A DNA stretch of 64,000 nt from Pristiophorus japonicus (Eukaryota), in assembly GCF_044704955.1 (NCBI RefSeq), contig NC_091982.1:164114001-164178000 (forward strand), in the 5' to 3' direction. Made by a program: the position numbers and the translations under genes. Below, in pieces: positions 49,600-62,500 of the stretch. The first letter of the stretch is position 1. Each line of letters begins with the position of its first letter. The notes beneath the pieces are model-generated. The model saw only the letters and a list, made by a program, of their open reading frames with translations. It searched no databases and was not told the origin of the DNA.

Positions 49600-51290
49600 G
49601 GGCCCAAGTTTCGGCCTCAGTTGCTCCTGATTTTTTGGAGCAACTGGTGTAGAACGGAGTATCTTAGAAATTCAAATTCTCGGCATTTAGTTTGCTCCAG
49701 TTCTAGTCAGTTAGAACAGTTTCACTTTGGAACAGAATTTTTTTTTTCCAAAAGGGAGCGTGTCTGGCCACTTACGCCTGTTTTCAAAGTTTCGGCAGTG
49801 AAAACTTACTCCAAACTAACTTAGAATGGAGTAAGTGAAGATTTTTGTATGCTCGAAAAAACCTTGTCTACACTTTAGAAAATCAGGCGTAGGTTACAAA
49901 TCAGGTGTAGGTAATGGGGTGGGGGGGGGTTTAAAGGGAAGTTTACAAATATTAAACACTTCAGTTTTACAAATAAAGAGCCATCAGCAATAATAAATGA
50001 TAAAACATCAATAAATCAACCAATAAATCAATCAAAAAAAATTAATAAGAAATAATTTTTTTTTTAAATCAATATAAAAAACATTTTCTACTTACCGACT
50101 GCAGCACCGGGAGCCCTCCAACATCATGCTGGGATGCCCTGCCAGTGTGTCTGTTAGTGTCTCTATCTCTCTGTCTGTCTGCCTGTGTGTGTCTCACTCT
50201 CTGTCTGTCAGTGTCTGTGTTTCTGACAGCGAGGGGAGGGGGAGGAGGAGGCTGGAGGGAGGGGGGGGGAGAGAAGGGGGAGGAGAGAAGGGGGAGGGAA
50301 GGGGAGAGAAGGGGAGGAGAGAAGGGGGGAGGGAAGGGGCGAGAAGGGGAGGGGAGAGAAGGGGGAGGAGGAGAAGGGGAGGGGTGAGGAGAAGGGGAAG
50401 GGGGGAGGAGAAGAAGGGGGGAGGAGGAGAAGGGGGGAGGAGGGGAAGGGGAGAGGAGAAAGGGAAAGGGGTGGAGGGAGGAGAAGGGGAAAGGTGGGGA
50501 GAGAAGGGGGGAAAGGAAGAGGGGGGAAAATGAGGGGGGGTGAGAAAGGAGAAGATGGGGGGGGAGGCTTAACGGGCCAGGCCCATCCCCAGCACCAGAT
50601 CTACAGGTAGGTGGCGTTGGGTCGGGTCGGGGTCCGGGGTCGAGAGCGTGGGTCAGGTCGGGGGGAGCGCGGGTCAGGGTCGGGAGCGCGGGTCGGGTCG
50701 GGGGGGCGGAGGGAGGTCGGTTCGGTTCGGGTCGGAGGGTGGGAGGGAGAGGGAGGTCAGGTCGAGTGGGGGGGGGGGGAGCGCGGGTCGGGTTGGGTCG
50801 GGTCGGAGGGAGGGAGGGTGGGGGAGCGTGGGTCGGGTCCGGTCGGGTCCGGGGGCAGGGAGTGTGTGGGAAGCGGGAGTCGGGTCGGTGTCGGGGTCGG
50901 GTCCAGTCCGGGGGCGGTGGGGGAGGCGGGAGTCGGGTCGGGAGGAAGCAGGAGCTGGGCGTGGGAGGCACCTTATGCACGCAGCCCCAGTGAGGCCATT
51001 CAGCCAGGCCTAGGGGCTGCGTGCTTCGGGCCCCTCCCACACAGTTTTGGGCACCTGGAGCTACTGCACATGTGCGCCCATTGTAGCGCATGTGCAGAGG
51101 TCCCGGCACTGTTTTCAGCGCAGGGACCTAGCTCCGCTCCCAACTGCTCGTGCTGCGCCGTGCCTGACTCAAGAGGACCAGCAGGGAGCCAGAGAAGCTG
51201 TAAGTTTTTTATCGGCGCACTTTGTGGCGCGAAAAACGGGCATCCAGGTCGGGGCTGCGCCGTTCTAGGCGCGGCCCGAAACTTGGGCCC
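49600..51290. mobile_element. Harbinger-type non-autonomous element, intact ends
   Basis: Perfect 15-bp TIR GGGCCCAAGTTTCGG; 3-bp TSD ATA. Confidence 0.92.
50135..50945. repeat. Compound low-complexity block: (TC/TG)n, polypurine G/A tract, (GGGTC)n
   Basis: Directly visible in the sequence. Confidence 0.9.
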
Positions 51291-54017
51291 ATAGAAACAT
51301 AGAAAATAGGTGCAGGAGTAGGCCATTCGGCCCTTCGAGCCTGCACCGCCATTCAATGAGTTCATGGCTGAACATGCAATTTCAGTACCCCATTCCTGCT
51401 TTCTCGCCATACCCCTTGATCCCCCTAGTAGTAAGGACTACATCTAACTCCTTTTTGAATATATTTAGTGAATTGGCCTCAACAACTTTCTGTGGTAGAG
51501 AATTCCACAGGTTCACCACTCTCTGGGTGAAGAAGTTTCTCCTCATCTCGGTCCTAAAGGGCTTACCTCTTATCCTTAGACTATGACCCCTGGTTCTGGA
51601 CTTCCCCAACATTGGGAACATTCTTCCTGCATCGAACCTGTCTAAACCCATCAGAATTTTAAACATTTCTATGAGATCCCCTCTCATTCTTCTGAACTCC
51701 AGTGAATACAAGCCCAGTTGATCCAGTCTTTCTTGATATGTCAGTCCCGCCATCCCGGGAATCAGTCTGGTGAACCTTCGCTGCACTCCCTCAATAGCAA
51801 GAATGTCCTTCCTCAAGTTAGGAGACCAAAACTGTACATAATACTCCAGGTGTGGCCTCACCAAGACCCTGTACAACTGTAGTAACACCTCCCTGCCCCT
51901 GCACTCAAATCCCCTCGCTATGAAGTCCAACATGCCATTTGCTTTCTTAACCGCCTGCTGTACCTGCATGCCAACCTTCAGTGACTGATGTACCATGACA
52001 CCCAGGTCTCGTTGCACCTCCCCTTTTCCTAATCTGTCACCATTCAGATAATAGTCTGTCTCTCTGTTTTTACCACCAAAGTGGATATCCTCACATTTAT
52101 CCACCTTATACTTCATCTGCCATGCATTTGCCCACTCACCTAACCTGTCCAAGTCATTCTGCAGCCTCATAGCATCCTCCTCGCAGCTCACACTGCCACC
52201 CAACATAGTGTCATCCGCAAATTTAGAGATACTACATTTAATCCCCTCGTCTGAATCATTAATGTACAATGTAAACAGCTGGGGCCCCAGCACAGAACCT
52301 TGCGGTACCCCACTAGTCACTGCCTGTCATTCTGAAAAGTACCCATTTACTCCTACTCTTTGCTTCCTGTCTGCCAACCAGGTCTCAATCCACGTCAGCA
52401 CACTACCCCCAATCCCACGTGCTTTAACTTTGCACATTAATCTCTTGTGTGGGACCTTGTCGAAAGCCTTCTGAAAGTCCCAATACACCACATCAACTGG
52501 TTCTCCCTTGTCCACTCTACTGGAAACATCCTCAAAAAATTCCAGAAGATTTGTCAATCATGAGTTCCCTTTCACAAATCCATGCTGACTTGTACCCATC
52601 ATGTCACCTTTTTTCCAAATGCGCTGCTATGACATCCTTAATAATTGATTCCATCATTTTACCCACTACCGATGTCAGGCTGACCGGTCTATAATTCCTT
52701 GTTTTCTCTCTCCCTCCTTTTTTAAAAAGTGGGGTTACATTGGCTACCGTCCACTCCATAGAAACTGATCCAGAGTCTATGGAATGTTGGAAAATGATTG
52801 TCAATGCATCTGCTATTTCCAAGGCCACCTCCTTAAGTACTCTGGGATGCAGACCATCAGGCCCTAGGGATTTATCGGCCTTCAATCCCATCAATTTCCC
52901 CAACACAATTTCCTGACTAATAAGGATTTCCCTCAGTTCCTCCTTCTTACTAGACCCTCTGACCCCTTTTATATCCGGAAGGTTGTTTGTGTCCTCCTTA
53001 GTGAATACCGAACCAAAGTAATTGTTCAATTGGTCTGCCATTTCTTTGTTCCCCGTTATGACTTGCCCTGATTCTGACTGCAGGGGACTTACGTTTGTCT
53101 TTACTAACCTTTTTCTCTTTACATATCTATCGAAGCTTTTGCAATCTGTTTTAATGTTCCCTGCAAGCTTCCTCTCGTACTCTATTTTCCTTGCCCTAAT
53201 CAAATCCTTTGCCCTCCTCTGCTGAGTTCTAAATTTCTCCCAGTCCCCGGGTTCACTGCTATTTCTAGCCAATATGTATGCCACTTCCTTGGCTTTAATA
53301 CTGTCCCTGATTTCCCTTGATAGCCACGGTTGAGCCCCCATCCCTTTTTTATTTTTACACCAGACAGGGATGAACAATTGTTGTAGTTCATCCATGCCGT
53401 CTCTAAAAGTCTGCCATTGCCCATCCACTGTCAACCCCTTAAGTATCATTCACCAATCTATCCTAGCCAATTCACTCCTCTACCTTCAAAGTTACACTTC
53501 TTTAAGTTCTGGACCATGGTCTCTGAATTAACTGTTTCATTCTCCATCCTAATGTAGAATTCCACCATATTATGGTCACTCTTCCCCAAGGGGCCTCGCA
53601 CAACGAGATTGCTAATTAATCCTCTCTCATTACACAACACCCAGTCTAAGATGGCCTCCCCTCTAGTTGGTTCCTCGACATATTGGTCTAGAAAACCATC
53701 CCTTCTGCACTCCAGGAAATCCTCCTCCACCGTATTGCTTCCAGTTTGGTTAGCCCAATCTATATGCATGTTAAAGTCACCCATGATAACTGCTGCAATA
53801 GTTAGGAAGGACATTAGCTTGGATGATGTGGAATCTATATGGGTAGAGCTGCAGAACCACAAAGGGCAAAAAACATTAGTGGGAGTTGTGTACCGACCTC
53901 CAAACAGTAGTAGTGATGTTGGGGATGGTCTCCTTCGGTGCTTATTCTACAAAATTTCTCCACATCCTATGGCCATTTGGCGAACTCCAGCAGATCATCG
54001 TTATCCGCAGTGACTCA

Positions 54018-55709
54018 TCATCATCATCATAGGCAGTACCTCGAAATCGAGGAAGACTTGCTTCCACTCTAAGAGTGAGTTCTCAGGTGGCTGTACAGTT
54101 TAATACGGGAATTACAGTCTCTGTTACAGGTGGGGCAGACAGTGGTTGAAGGAAAGGGTGCGTGGGGAGACTGGTTTGCCGCACGCTCCTTCCACTATCT
54201 GCGCTTGGTTTCTGCATGCTCTCGGCGACGAGACTCAAGATGTTCAATGCCCTCCCGGATGTTCTTCCTCCACTTAGGGCGATCTTGGGCCAGGGATTCC
54301 CAGGTGCCGGTGGGGATGTTGCACTTTATCAAGGAGGCTTTGAGCGTGTCCTTGAAATGTTTCCTCTACCTACCTGGTGCTCGCTTGTTCCAAATAGAGC
54401 TCTTGCTGTGGGAGTCTCGTGTTGGGCATGCAGACGATGTGGCCTGCCCAACGGAGCTGGTCATGTGTGGTCTGTGCTTCAATGCTGGGGATGTTGACCT
54501 GAGCGAGAACACTGACGTTGGTGCATCTATCCTCCCAGTGAATTTGCAGGATCTTGCAGAGACAGCACTGGTGGTACTTCTCCAGTGCTTTGAGGTGTCT
54601 ACTATATATGGCCCATGTCTCTGAGCCATATAGAAGTGCGGGTATCATTACTGCCTGTTGGACCATAAGCTCGGTGCCAGATTTTAGGTCCTGGTCTTCA
54701 AACACTTCCTTCTTCAGGCGACCGAAGGCTGTGCTGGCACACTGGAGATGGTGTTGGACCTCGTCATCAATGTCTGCCCTTGCTAATAGTAGGCACAAGG
54801 TATGGAATCCCCGCTGAGGCACTAAAGTATGGCGGAAAAGTACTATTGGGACGAATGCATGACCTCATCTCTCTTATCTGGAAGGAGGAGAGCATGCTGG
54901 GAGATCTCAGAGATGCCGTAATTGTGACCATCTTCAAAAGAGGGGACAAGTCCGACTGCGGCAACTACAGAGGAATCTTCCTATTGTCGGTCACTGGGAA
55001 AGTTATTGCAAGAATCCTCCTCAACCGCCTTCTCCCTGTGGTTGAAGAGCTCCACCCAGAGTCACAATGCGGTTTCCGTCCACTACGGGGTACAACGGAC
55101 ACGATCTTCACCGCATGACAACTGGAAGAGAAATGCAGGGAACAGCACCAACTCTGGTACATGGCCTTCTTTGACCTCACAAGAGCCTTTGACACTGTCA
55201 ACCGTGAGGGATTATGGAGCATCCTTCTCCATTTCAGCTGTCCCCAAAAGTTTGTCACCATCCTACATGCAAGCCGTGATCCTGACCAACGGATCCACCA
55301 CAGACCCAATCCACATCCGGACCGGGGTCAAGCAGGGCTGCGTCATCGTGTCAACCCTCTCCTCAATCTTCCTTGCTCCAAAGCTCCATATCACTCTCAA
55401 CAAGCTCCCCGCTGGAGTGGAACTAAGCTATAGAACCAATGGGAACCTGTTCAACCTTTGTCGCCTCCAGGCTAGATCCAAGATCATTCCAACTTCTGTC
55501 ATCGAACTACAGTACGCGGACGACGCTTGCATCTGTGCATATTCAGAGGCTGATCTCCAAGCCATCGTCAACATCTTCACCGAGGCATACGAAAGCATGG
55601 ACCTTACACTAAACATCTGTAAGACAGAGGTCCTCCACCAACCTGACACCATCACACAGCACTGCCCCCCGGTCATCAAAATCCATGGCGCGGCCTTCGA
55701 CAACATGGA
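54018..55709 (-). mobile_element. RTE LINE with inverted 5' segment
   Basis: (ATG)n tail and 3' part on the minus strand (54018-54793); upstream RT part on the + strand (54802-55709); TSD CAGTGACTCA / CAGTGGCTCA. Confidence 0.9.
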
Positions 55710-55899
55710 CAGTGGCTCAATAGACAGACGTAACTCAACCACCACCCCAATACATCCCATTGTTCTTAGGAACAAGTTACATTAGATAAGAAATCTTGAC
55801 ATTGGAGTTTATTTGGTGAATCTGTTTGATAATGCGATGTACTTAGTCTTACACTATGAAATTCCAATAATTAGTCATGGATAATGTAATTTTCAATAA

Positions 55900-56690
55900 T
55901 AAAAATAGAAAATGCTGGAAATACCTGTACTCAGTAGGTCAGACATTCTATTCCATTCTCCCAGTTTGTCCGCCCTCGTCGCATATGTTCTGACGATGTC
56001 ATCTTCCACACCAGTGCTTCTGATATTTCGTCCTTTTTCCTCAACTGAGGATTCCCCTCCACCATGGTTGACAGAGCCGTCAACTGTGTCGGTCCCATTT
56101 CCCGCACTTCTGCCTTCATCCCTTCCCCTCCCTCCCACAACCACGATGGGTTTCCCCTTGTCCTCACCTTACACCCCACCAGCCTTCACGTTCAACGTAT
56201 CAACATTGCCACCATCTCCAGCGTGATCCCACCACCAAAAATGTCTTCCCCTCCCCTACCCTTTCAGCATTCCAAAGGGACAGTTCATTCTGTGACACCT
56301 TGGTCCACTCCTCAATCACCCCCAATATCCACTCCCTTTCCCACGGCACCTACCCGTGCAAGCACAGGAGATGCAACACCTGCCCTTTAACTTCCTCCCT
56401 TCCCACCGTTCAGGGCCCCAAACACTCCTTCCAGGTGAAACAATGATTTACTTGTACCTTTTTTAATTTAGTATACTGTATTCGCTGCTCACAATGCAGT
56501 CTCCTCTACATTGGGGAGACCAAACGCAGACTGGGTGACCGCTTTGCGGGATGACCACCATGATGACCCAGAGCTTACCTGACACTTTAATTCTCCGCTC
56601 TACTCCCACTCTGACCTCTCCGTCCTCGAGCTCCTACACTGGTCCAATGAAGCTCAAACTAAGCTCAAGGAATAGCACCTCATCTTAAAA
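55900..56690 (+). mobile_element. Penelope-like element remnant (RT thumb to GIY-YIG)
   Basis: FPLVLTLHP; NLVYCIRCSQCSLLYIGETKRRLGDRFA at about 56465-56550; inverted pLTR tip at the 5' side. Confidence 0.85.
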
Positions 56691-56936
56691 TCATGCAAAC
56701 CTTACACACTCACTTCCCTTTAGAGTCTATTTTCCCTTTTAGAATTAAATTCTAACTTTGGATTTGCCTCACATGTCCAAATCTACACCACAGTCCTTGG
56801 CTCCGAAGCAAATTCAGTATATATAGGACAACTGTCCACTACACCCAAAAAGAGCACACGTTTCATGAAAATAACATTTTAAATGGATCTGGTTAGGTCA
56901 TAATTTTGTCGATTATAATTTTGGAAAATAAAATTT

Positions 56937-57093
56937 GGGGCCAGATTTTTGACTTCACTACCCGGGCAGTAATCTGGCAGAGGGCATTGCCCACTCTTTA
57001 TAGAACTGACCTGTTTTTGGGTGGGTTCAATAAACAATGAGCAATCCATTCCATCCGATTACTACCCAGGTGGTGATGATGAAAATTTACCCC
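56937..57093. mobile_element. Fold-back palindromic MITE
   Basis: Arms are imperfectly complementary over their whole length around a short T-rich loop; GGGG/CCCC ends. Confidence 0.7.
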
Positions 57094-57204
57094 GTGATCT
57101 TTGTGTTTAACGAGTTCCTTATAATCATGGTAATAGGATTATGTTCTATTCAGTAGAACCATGTGAGTATTTTCCAGTAAATAAAATCAAGTTGCAATGG
57201 TCAA

Positions 57205-57500
57205 AATACAACAAAAACTGGAATTTATATAACATCTTCAACGAAGAAAAAGGTCCCAAATCATTTCACATGTACATAATCAGACAACAATTGACACCCA
57301 GCCACATAAGGAGATATTAGGATGAGAGCCTGAAATCTTAATCAAAGAGGCAGATTTTGAGGTGGATCTTAAAGGAAGTGAGAGAGGTTTAGGGAGGAAA
57401 TTCCAGAGCTTCGGGCCCAAATGACTGAAAGCGTAGCTGCCAATGGTGGGATGAAGGGAGTGGGGGATACACCAGGGGCCAGAGTTGGAGGAATATGGAG
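57205..57500 (-). mobile_element. L2 LINE 3' end
   Basis: PTIGSYAFSHLGPKLWNFLP; (TTG)n tail. Confidence 0.8.
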
Positions 57501-57539
57501 TTCTTACATTTAGTGTTGGGCACAACACCACAACCACCA

Positions 57540-58785
57540 CCATATATTGCTCTTGGAGAGCATACAGCACAGATTCACCAGCATGAGATGGGAGTGGGAG
57601 AGAGCAAAATGTCCCTGTTGTGCGGCTCCTGTTAGCGCCTCCGGGGGTGTGAAAGTATTTTTTCCCAGAGGTGGGGAGGGTGGGGCGCTACCTGCTCCCA
57701 CTCAATTGTGTAGGATTAGCAGAAGAGCGAAACCGGTAGCACCGCTCCCCCACTGGTAGCACCCGGGGCAGTTGCTCCTCCGGTAATGGCATCATCGCCG
57801 TGTGCGACGACCTGTTTTCGCCCCTTGGCAGAAATTGGGCAGCGCTTCGTGAGGTTGCCATGGGCGATGTCAGAGCCAGCCTCACAGGCCGTGAACTGGG
57901 CCGCTCTTCACTCGCGGGGTGAAATTTATAGGGAAGGTGCGCACCGCCATTTTGAACCGCCCTCCGACTTACCGGTCCGGCCTCGGAGGGTCCGTGCCGC
58001 GATCGTGCAGCCAGGCACTCCGTTGCAGTGGCGGGCTGCAGCCACAGCACCCCGCAGTGCCGGTGGCCGAGTGTAGGCCTATCAAAAGCCCTGCAAAGCT
58101 CGCAGCATCCCTCCCCTTTAATGGAGGGGGAGGCCCGTGCAGCACGTCAGAGCTACACGGAGAGGCCGTGTAGTGATCCAACATTTGCCCGGCTATCGCC
58201 CCCCTCACCCCGCCCCGAGAGGAAGCGGAGAGCCCGACATTGCGCTCCACTTCCTGTCAGGGGCAGTACGCCCAATTTCGCTTCTGGGGCGTACATGCGC
58301 GCCGGACGTAGAATGTTCGGCATCGCAGAGGTTACGCAATCTCGGCCCCTGCGACTTAAAGGGTTAAATTATGAGGGCGGGTTGCATAAACTTGGTTTAT
58401 ATTCCCTTGAGCTTAGAAGTTTGAGGGGTGATCTAACTGAGGTCATGAAAAGCAATTCAATAGAGTGGATACAGACAAAACTATTTCTTGTGTTGGGAGA
58501 ATCCAAAACAAGGGGCATAATTTTAAAATGAGAGCTAGGACAGTTGGAAATGAAATCAGGAAGCATTTATTCACATTAAGGGCAGTGGAAATATGGAACA
58601 ATCTCCCCCAAAAGTTTGGGGATGTTGAGTCAGTTTAATTTTTCAAGACCTAGATTTTTGTTTGGAAAGGGTATCACAAGAGATGCAGGATGTGCAGATT
58701 AATCAAGTTGAGGTACAGATCAGCCATGATATGATAGAATGGTGGAAAGGCTCAAGGGACTGAATGACCTACTCCTGTTCCTATA
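57540..58785 (+). mobile_element. Old CR1 3' fragment split by a GC-rich insertion
   Basis: LESIQHRFTSM resumes as LKGLNYEGGLHKLGLYSLELRSLRGDL after 58350. Confidence 0.75.
57598..58349. mobile_element. Probable Harbinger-type non-autonomous element
   Basis: CpG-rich block interrupting CR1; right end GCAATCTCGGCCCC; left TIR degenerate. Confidence 0.55.
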
Positions 58786-59550
58786 TTTTTGTTTCTTTCT
58801 GAGCCTGAATCCCACTGTTGGTCCTGCAACCACCCATGTTGAAGCCAGTATGTTTTGCGTCAGTGGGCCGACTAAGCCCGGGTAGCAGGAACTCCTTACT
58901 TACGGAGTCCCTGCCCCTTCTCCGCTCCTCCACAAAGGACATTCCTCTTGTAAGGGATGAGTCGCCATCTCCCACAAATGGACAACTGCTATTGGAGGAG
59001 GGGGTAGTTGCCAGAGTTATGGTAAGAGACAGAAAAAAACATTTTCTCCCACGCTTATCAGTACTGATATCATTAACTGGAAAGACTGGAGAGGCCGAAA
59101 TATTTTCGGTGGGGTTCAGTCAAAATAAAAGTTTTGAGAAAGACTGAATTAGTTTTGGGCAACATTTATTGTCATGGTTGGAACTGCTCCTTGAGCAGTG
59201 TTGGTGGGCTTCAAAATATAAAACCAAAATAATTTGCTCGAAAGTGTCAGGAGTTTGCTCCAATGAAATTAGATGCGCACAGCCATTTCCAAGTGGGGTG
59301 GTCCTCACACGTTAATTGTGCTCACTCCCCTCCAGTCGCTCTGGCTTGCTTCCCATCTAAGAGCATCACAGTGTCTTCAATTGTGCCTTCTGTGCAATGC
59401 TGCGTGCCGACTGCATGATGCCTCTCCTCCTTGCTCCCGCCGTCAACTCTACCATGCTCCAGCGCGGTATATCCGTGATGTGTTTCCAGGTCGACTCGTC
59501 TTTTTCCTCTTTGTTCCTAAACCGTTTTGTGATTTCAGTCTTCACATGCC

Positions 59551-62500
59551 TGTAATGTCTGTAAGCTTGTAATGTTTGTAGTGCCACACTGTGGATGTGG
59601 ACGTATTGTGTACTGCAAGTGCAGGGTTAATAAAAAACAGAACTCGGCAGATTTTCCCAAGACTTCCGAGAGAGCTGCCTGTCATGTTAGGAAGCTGTTT
59701 TTGCTGTGCTCTGTGAAGATATCACATTTGGCAACTGAGATGGGATTTTTCGGATGATTTAAAGCTTAAATTTTGTTGTTCAAGGATTCAGCCAGCCGAC
59801 AGAGAGACTTTGGAAGTTTCTGTCTTTGGAAAAAGCTACAAAATCCGAGATAAAATAGAGCACATGGTGTGAACAGCTAGAGATTAAAATGGCAGCACCC
59901 ACAGGTGTATTGGGACATTTGGGGGAATATAGACACGGCCGGGAACGTTTTAAAGCATATGTGGATTGGCTAGAATTGTATTTCATTACAAATAACATAA
60001 TCGAAGTTCCAGACAATGCAGTCCAGAACCAGGCTGTTTTGGAATGTAAGAAAGCGATCTTCTTATTGGAGGCAGGCCGGCATTATATGACACTTTTGTA
60101 AACCTGCTTGTGCCTGACGAGCCAAAGGAGACAACGGTTTAAGAGATTTTAATGAAGCTCGAGCACACTATAAACCCAAACCGTTAGAAATTGCTGAAAG
60201 CTATCGTTTCGGGATTCAGAATAAAAAGACTGATGATTGTATCAGTGATTACATCGTTGCATTAAAAAAGCTATCGATGCACTGTAATTTTAGAAACTTT
60301 CAAAAGCGAGCATTACGGGATAATTTTGTTTGTGGGGTGAAAAATGATGTGATCAGAAGGAAGCTATTGATGATAGATGACTTGACTTTTGAGATTGCTT
60401 GTCAGACAGCGAGGTCGATGAGAATGGCCGAACAATATTCCCGAGAATTAAATAATGATTACGGTCATCAGTCAACCGAGGTAAATCACCTGCAGGTTCA
60501 AAGTAAATGACGGGCATGGCCGAAAGTCTCAGAAACTGGAAATTCTACCAAAGCATCGAAGTCGTGCTATAGGTGCCTGGGACAACACATTGCTCAAAGT
60601 TGTCCATACGTGAAGGCAGAGTGTTTCTTCTGCAGAAAGACTAGGCATCTTGCAAAGGCATGCCGACTGATGGGTAAACCAGTTTTTAAAGCTATGAGTC
60701 CAGCATTCAAAGCCAAGAGTAGAAATCCAAAGAGACTACATAGCTTGGAAGAACAACAACAGGACGAGGAGATGTTAGAGTTACACATCATCAGGAGCAC
60801 GACGTTAACGGACAGCGATTCGGAAAGCATCAAAATCCACATAGATGTTACGGGATTCAAGCTACCAATGGAAATTGACTCGGGTGCCTCCGTGAGTGTA
60901 GTACCGGAGTCACTGTACCTCGACAAATTGCGTGATTTACAACTGGAAAAATCTAAGATAGAGCTGCAAGGCTACTCGGGAGAGAAAATTCCTGTGGTAG
61001 GTCATTTCACCGTACCAGTGAAATATAAAGATCAATTTCAGAACTTGCCTCTAATAATAGTGAAAGGAGACAAGACTGCTTTACTAGGAAGAAATTGGTT
61101 GAGCTCACTGAAGCTGGATTGGAGTAAGATTTTCTGTGTGGAAGCGAGATTTTCATCAACGGATGAGGTAATCAAGAAGTATCCGAAGGTGTTCTGCGAA
61201 ACGGGCAGTCCAATCCAAGGCTTCAAGGCGAGTGTCAGGGTACAGAAGAACGCTAGATCGGTTTACTACAAGCCACGTTCGGTACCATATGCACTCAAGG
61301 AGAAAGTTGAGCAAGAACTCAAAAGACTAGAGACTGAGAACACTATTTGTAAGATAGATCGATGTAATTGGGCTACACCCATTGTTGTTGTACCTAAGTC
61401 CGATGGTAAGGTAAGATTGTGTGGTGATTATAAAGTAACCGTAAACCAGGTTCTAGAGGGTAATGTCCCCAATATATTGCCGAATATAGAAGATTTGTTC
61501 ACAACACTGACAGGTGGTCAGATCTTCTCAAAACTGGATCTTACGAATGCTTACTTACAGCTTGAACTAGATGAGGAGTCGAAGTCATGTTTGACTATAA
61601 ATACTCATCTAGGCCTATATCAATTTAATAGGCTACTGTTTGGAGTGTCTTTTGCCCCTGCCATATTCCAAGGGGTGATGAACCAGATTTTGCAAGGTAT
61701 TGAAGGGGTAGTATGTTACTTGGATGACATACTAATTTCAGCACCAAATAGGCAAATTCAGAATAACATATTGAATGAAGTCCTCAAACGGCTAGAGAAG
61801 CACACAATACGAGTGTCTGCTTGTAAGTGTGAGTTATTTAAAAACTCAGTGGAGTACTTAGGGTACAGAGTAGACAAAGGTGGTTTGAATCCAACCATGG
61901 AAAAATTGGATGCAATTAGAAATGCACCCACTCCCAGGAATGTCACTGAACTTCGATCCTTCTTGGATCTTTTGAACTATTATGGGAAGTTCATACAAAA
62001 TTTGGCTACAGTATTACATCCACTGAATGAACTATTGAAAAAACAGGTCCATTGGAAGTGGTCAAAAGAATGCGATACAGCATTCAAGGAGTGTAAAAGC
62101 AAATTGGTAGAGAGCACCATGTTACTTCACTATGACATATCTAAGGAGATTAAGCTAGCATGTGATGCCTCTCCATATGGAGTTGGGGCAGTAATCTCTC
62201 ATGTATTAAGTAGTGGGGAGGAAAGACCAATTGCTTTTGCTTCATGCACTCTCAGTGCCAGTGAGAGTAATTAGGCGCAAATTGAAAGGGCAGCTTTGGC
62301 ATTAATATTTGGGGTCAAGAAGTTTCACAAATACTCGTATGGTCGTAAGTTTACCATCATTACGGACCATAAGCCCCTAACAGCAATCCTCCATCCAAAG
62401 TCCCCAGTTCCAACATTAGCTGCAGCCTGAATGCAGAGATGGGCTTTGATTTTGTCAGCATATACATATGATATTGAATACAGACGATCAGCTGTACACA

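Larger units (their letters stand above)
49588..53926 (-). mobile_element. Young CR1 LINE (most of ORF2) with inverted 5' tip and a MITE in its tail
   Basis: VIMGDFN, NYRPVSLTS, DFQKAFDKVPH, GVPQGSVLGP, KFADD with few breaks; + strand endonuclease piece at about 53797-53926. Confidence 0.93.

Noticed and set aside
50069-51294. Long Pro-, Gly- and Arg-rich ORFs (up to 346 aa)
   Set aside because: Produced by stop-poor low-complexity repeats inside a MITE.
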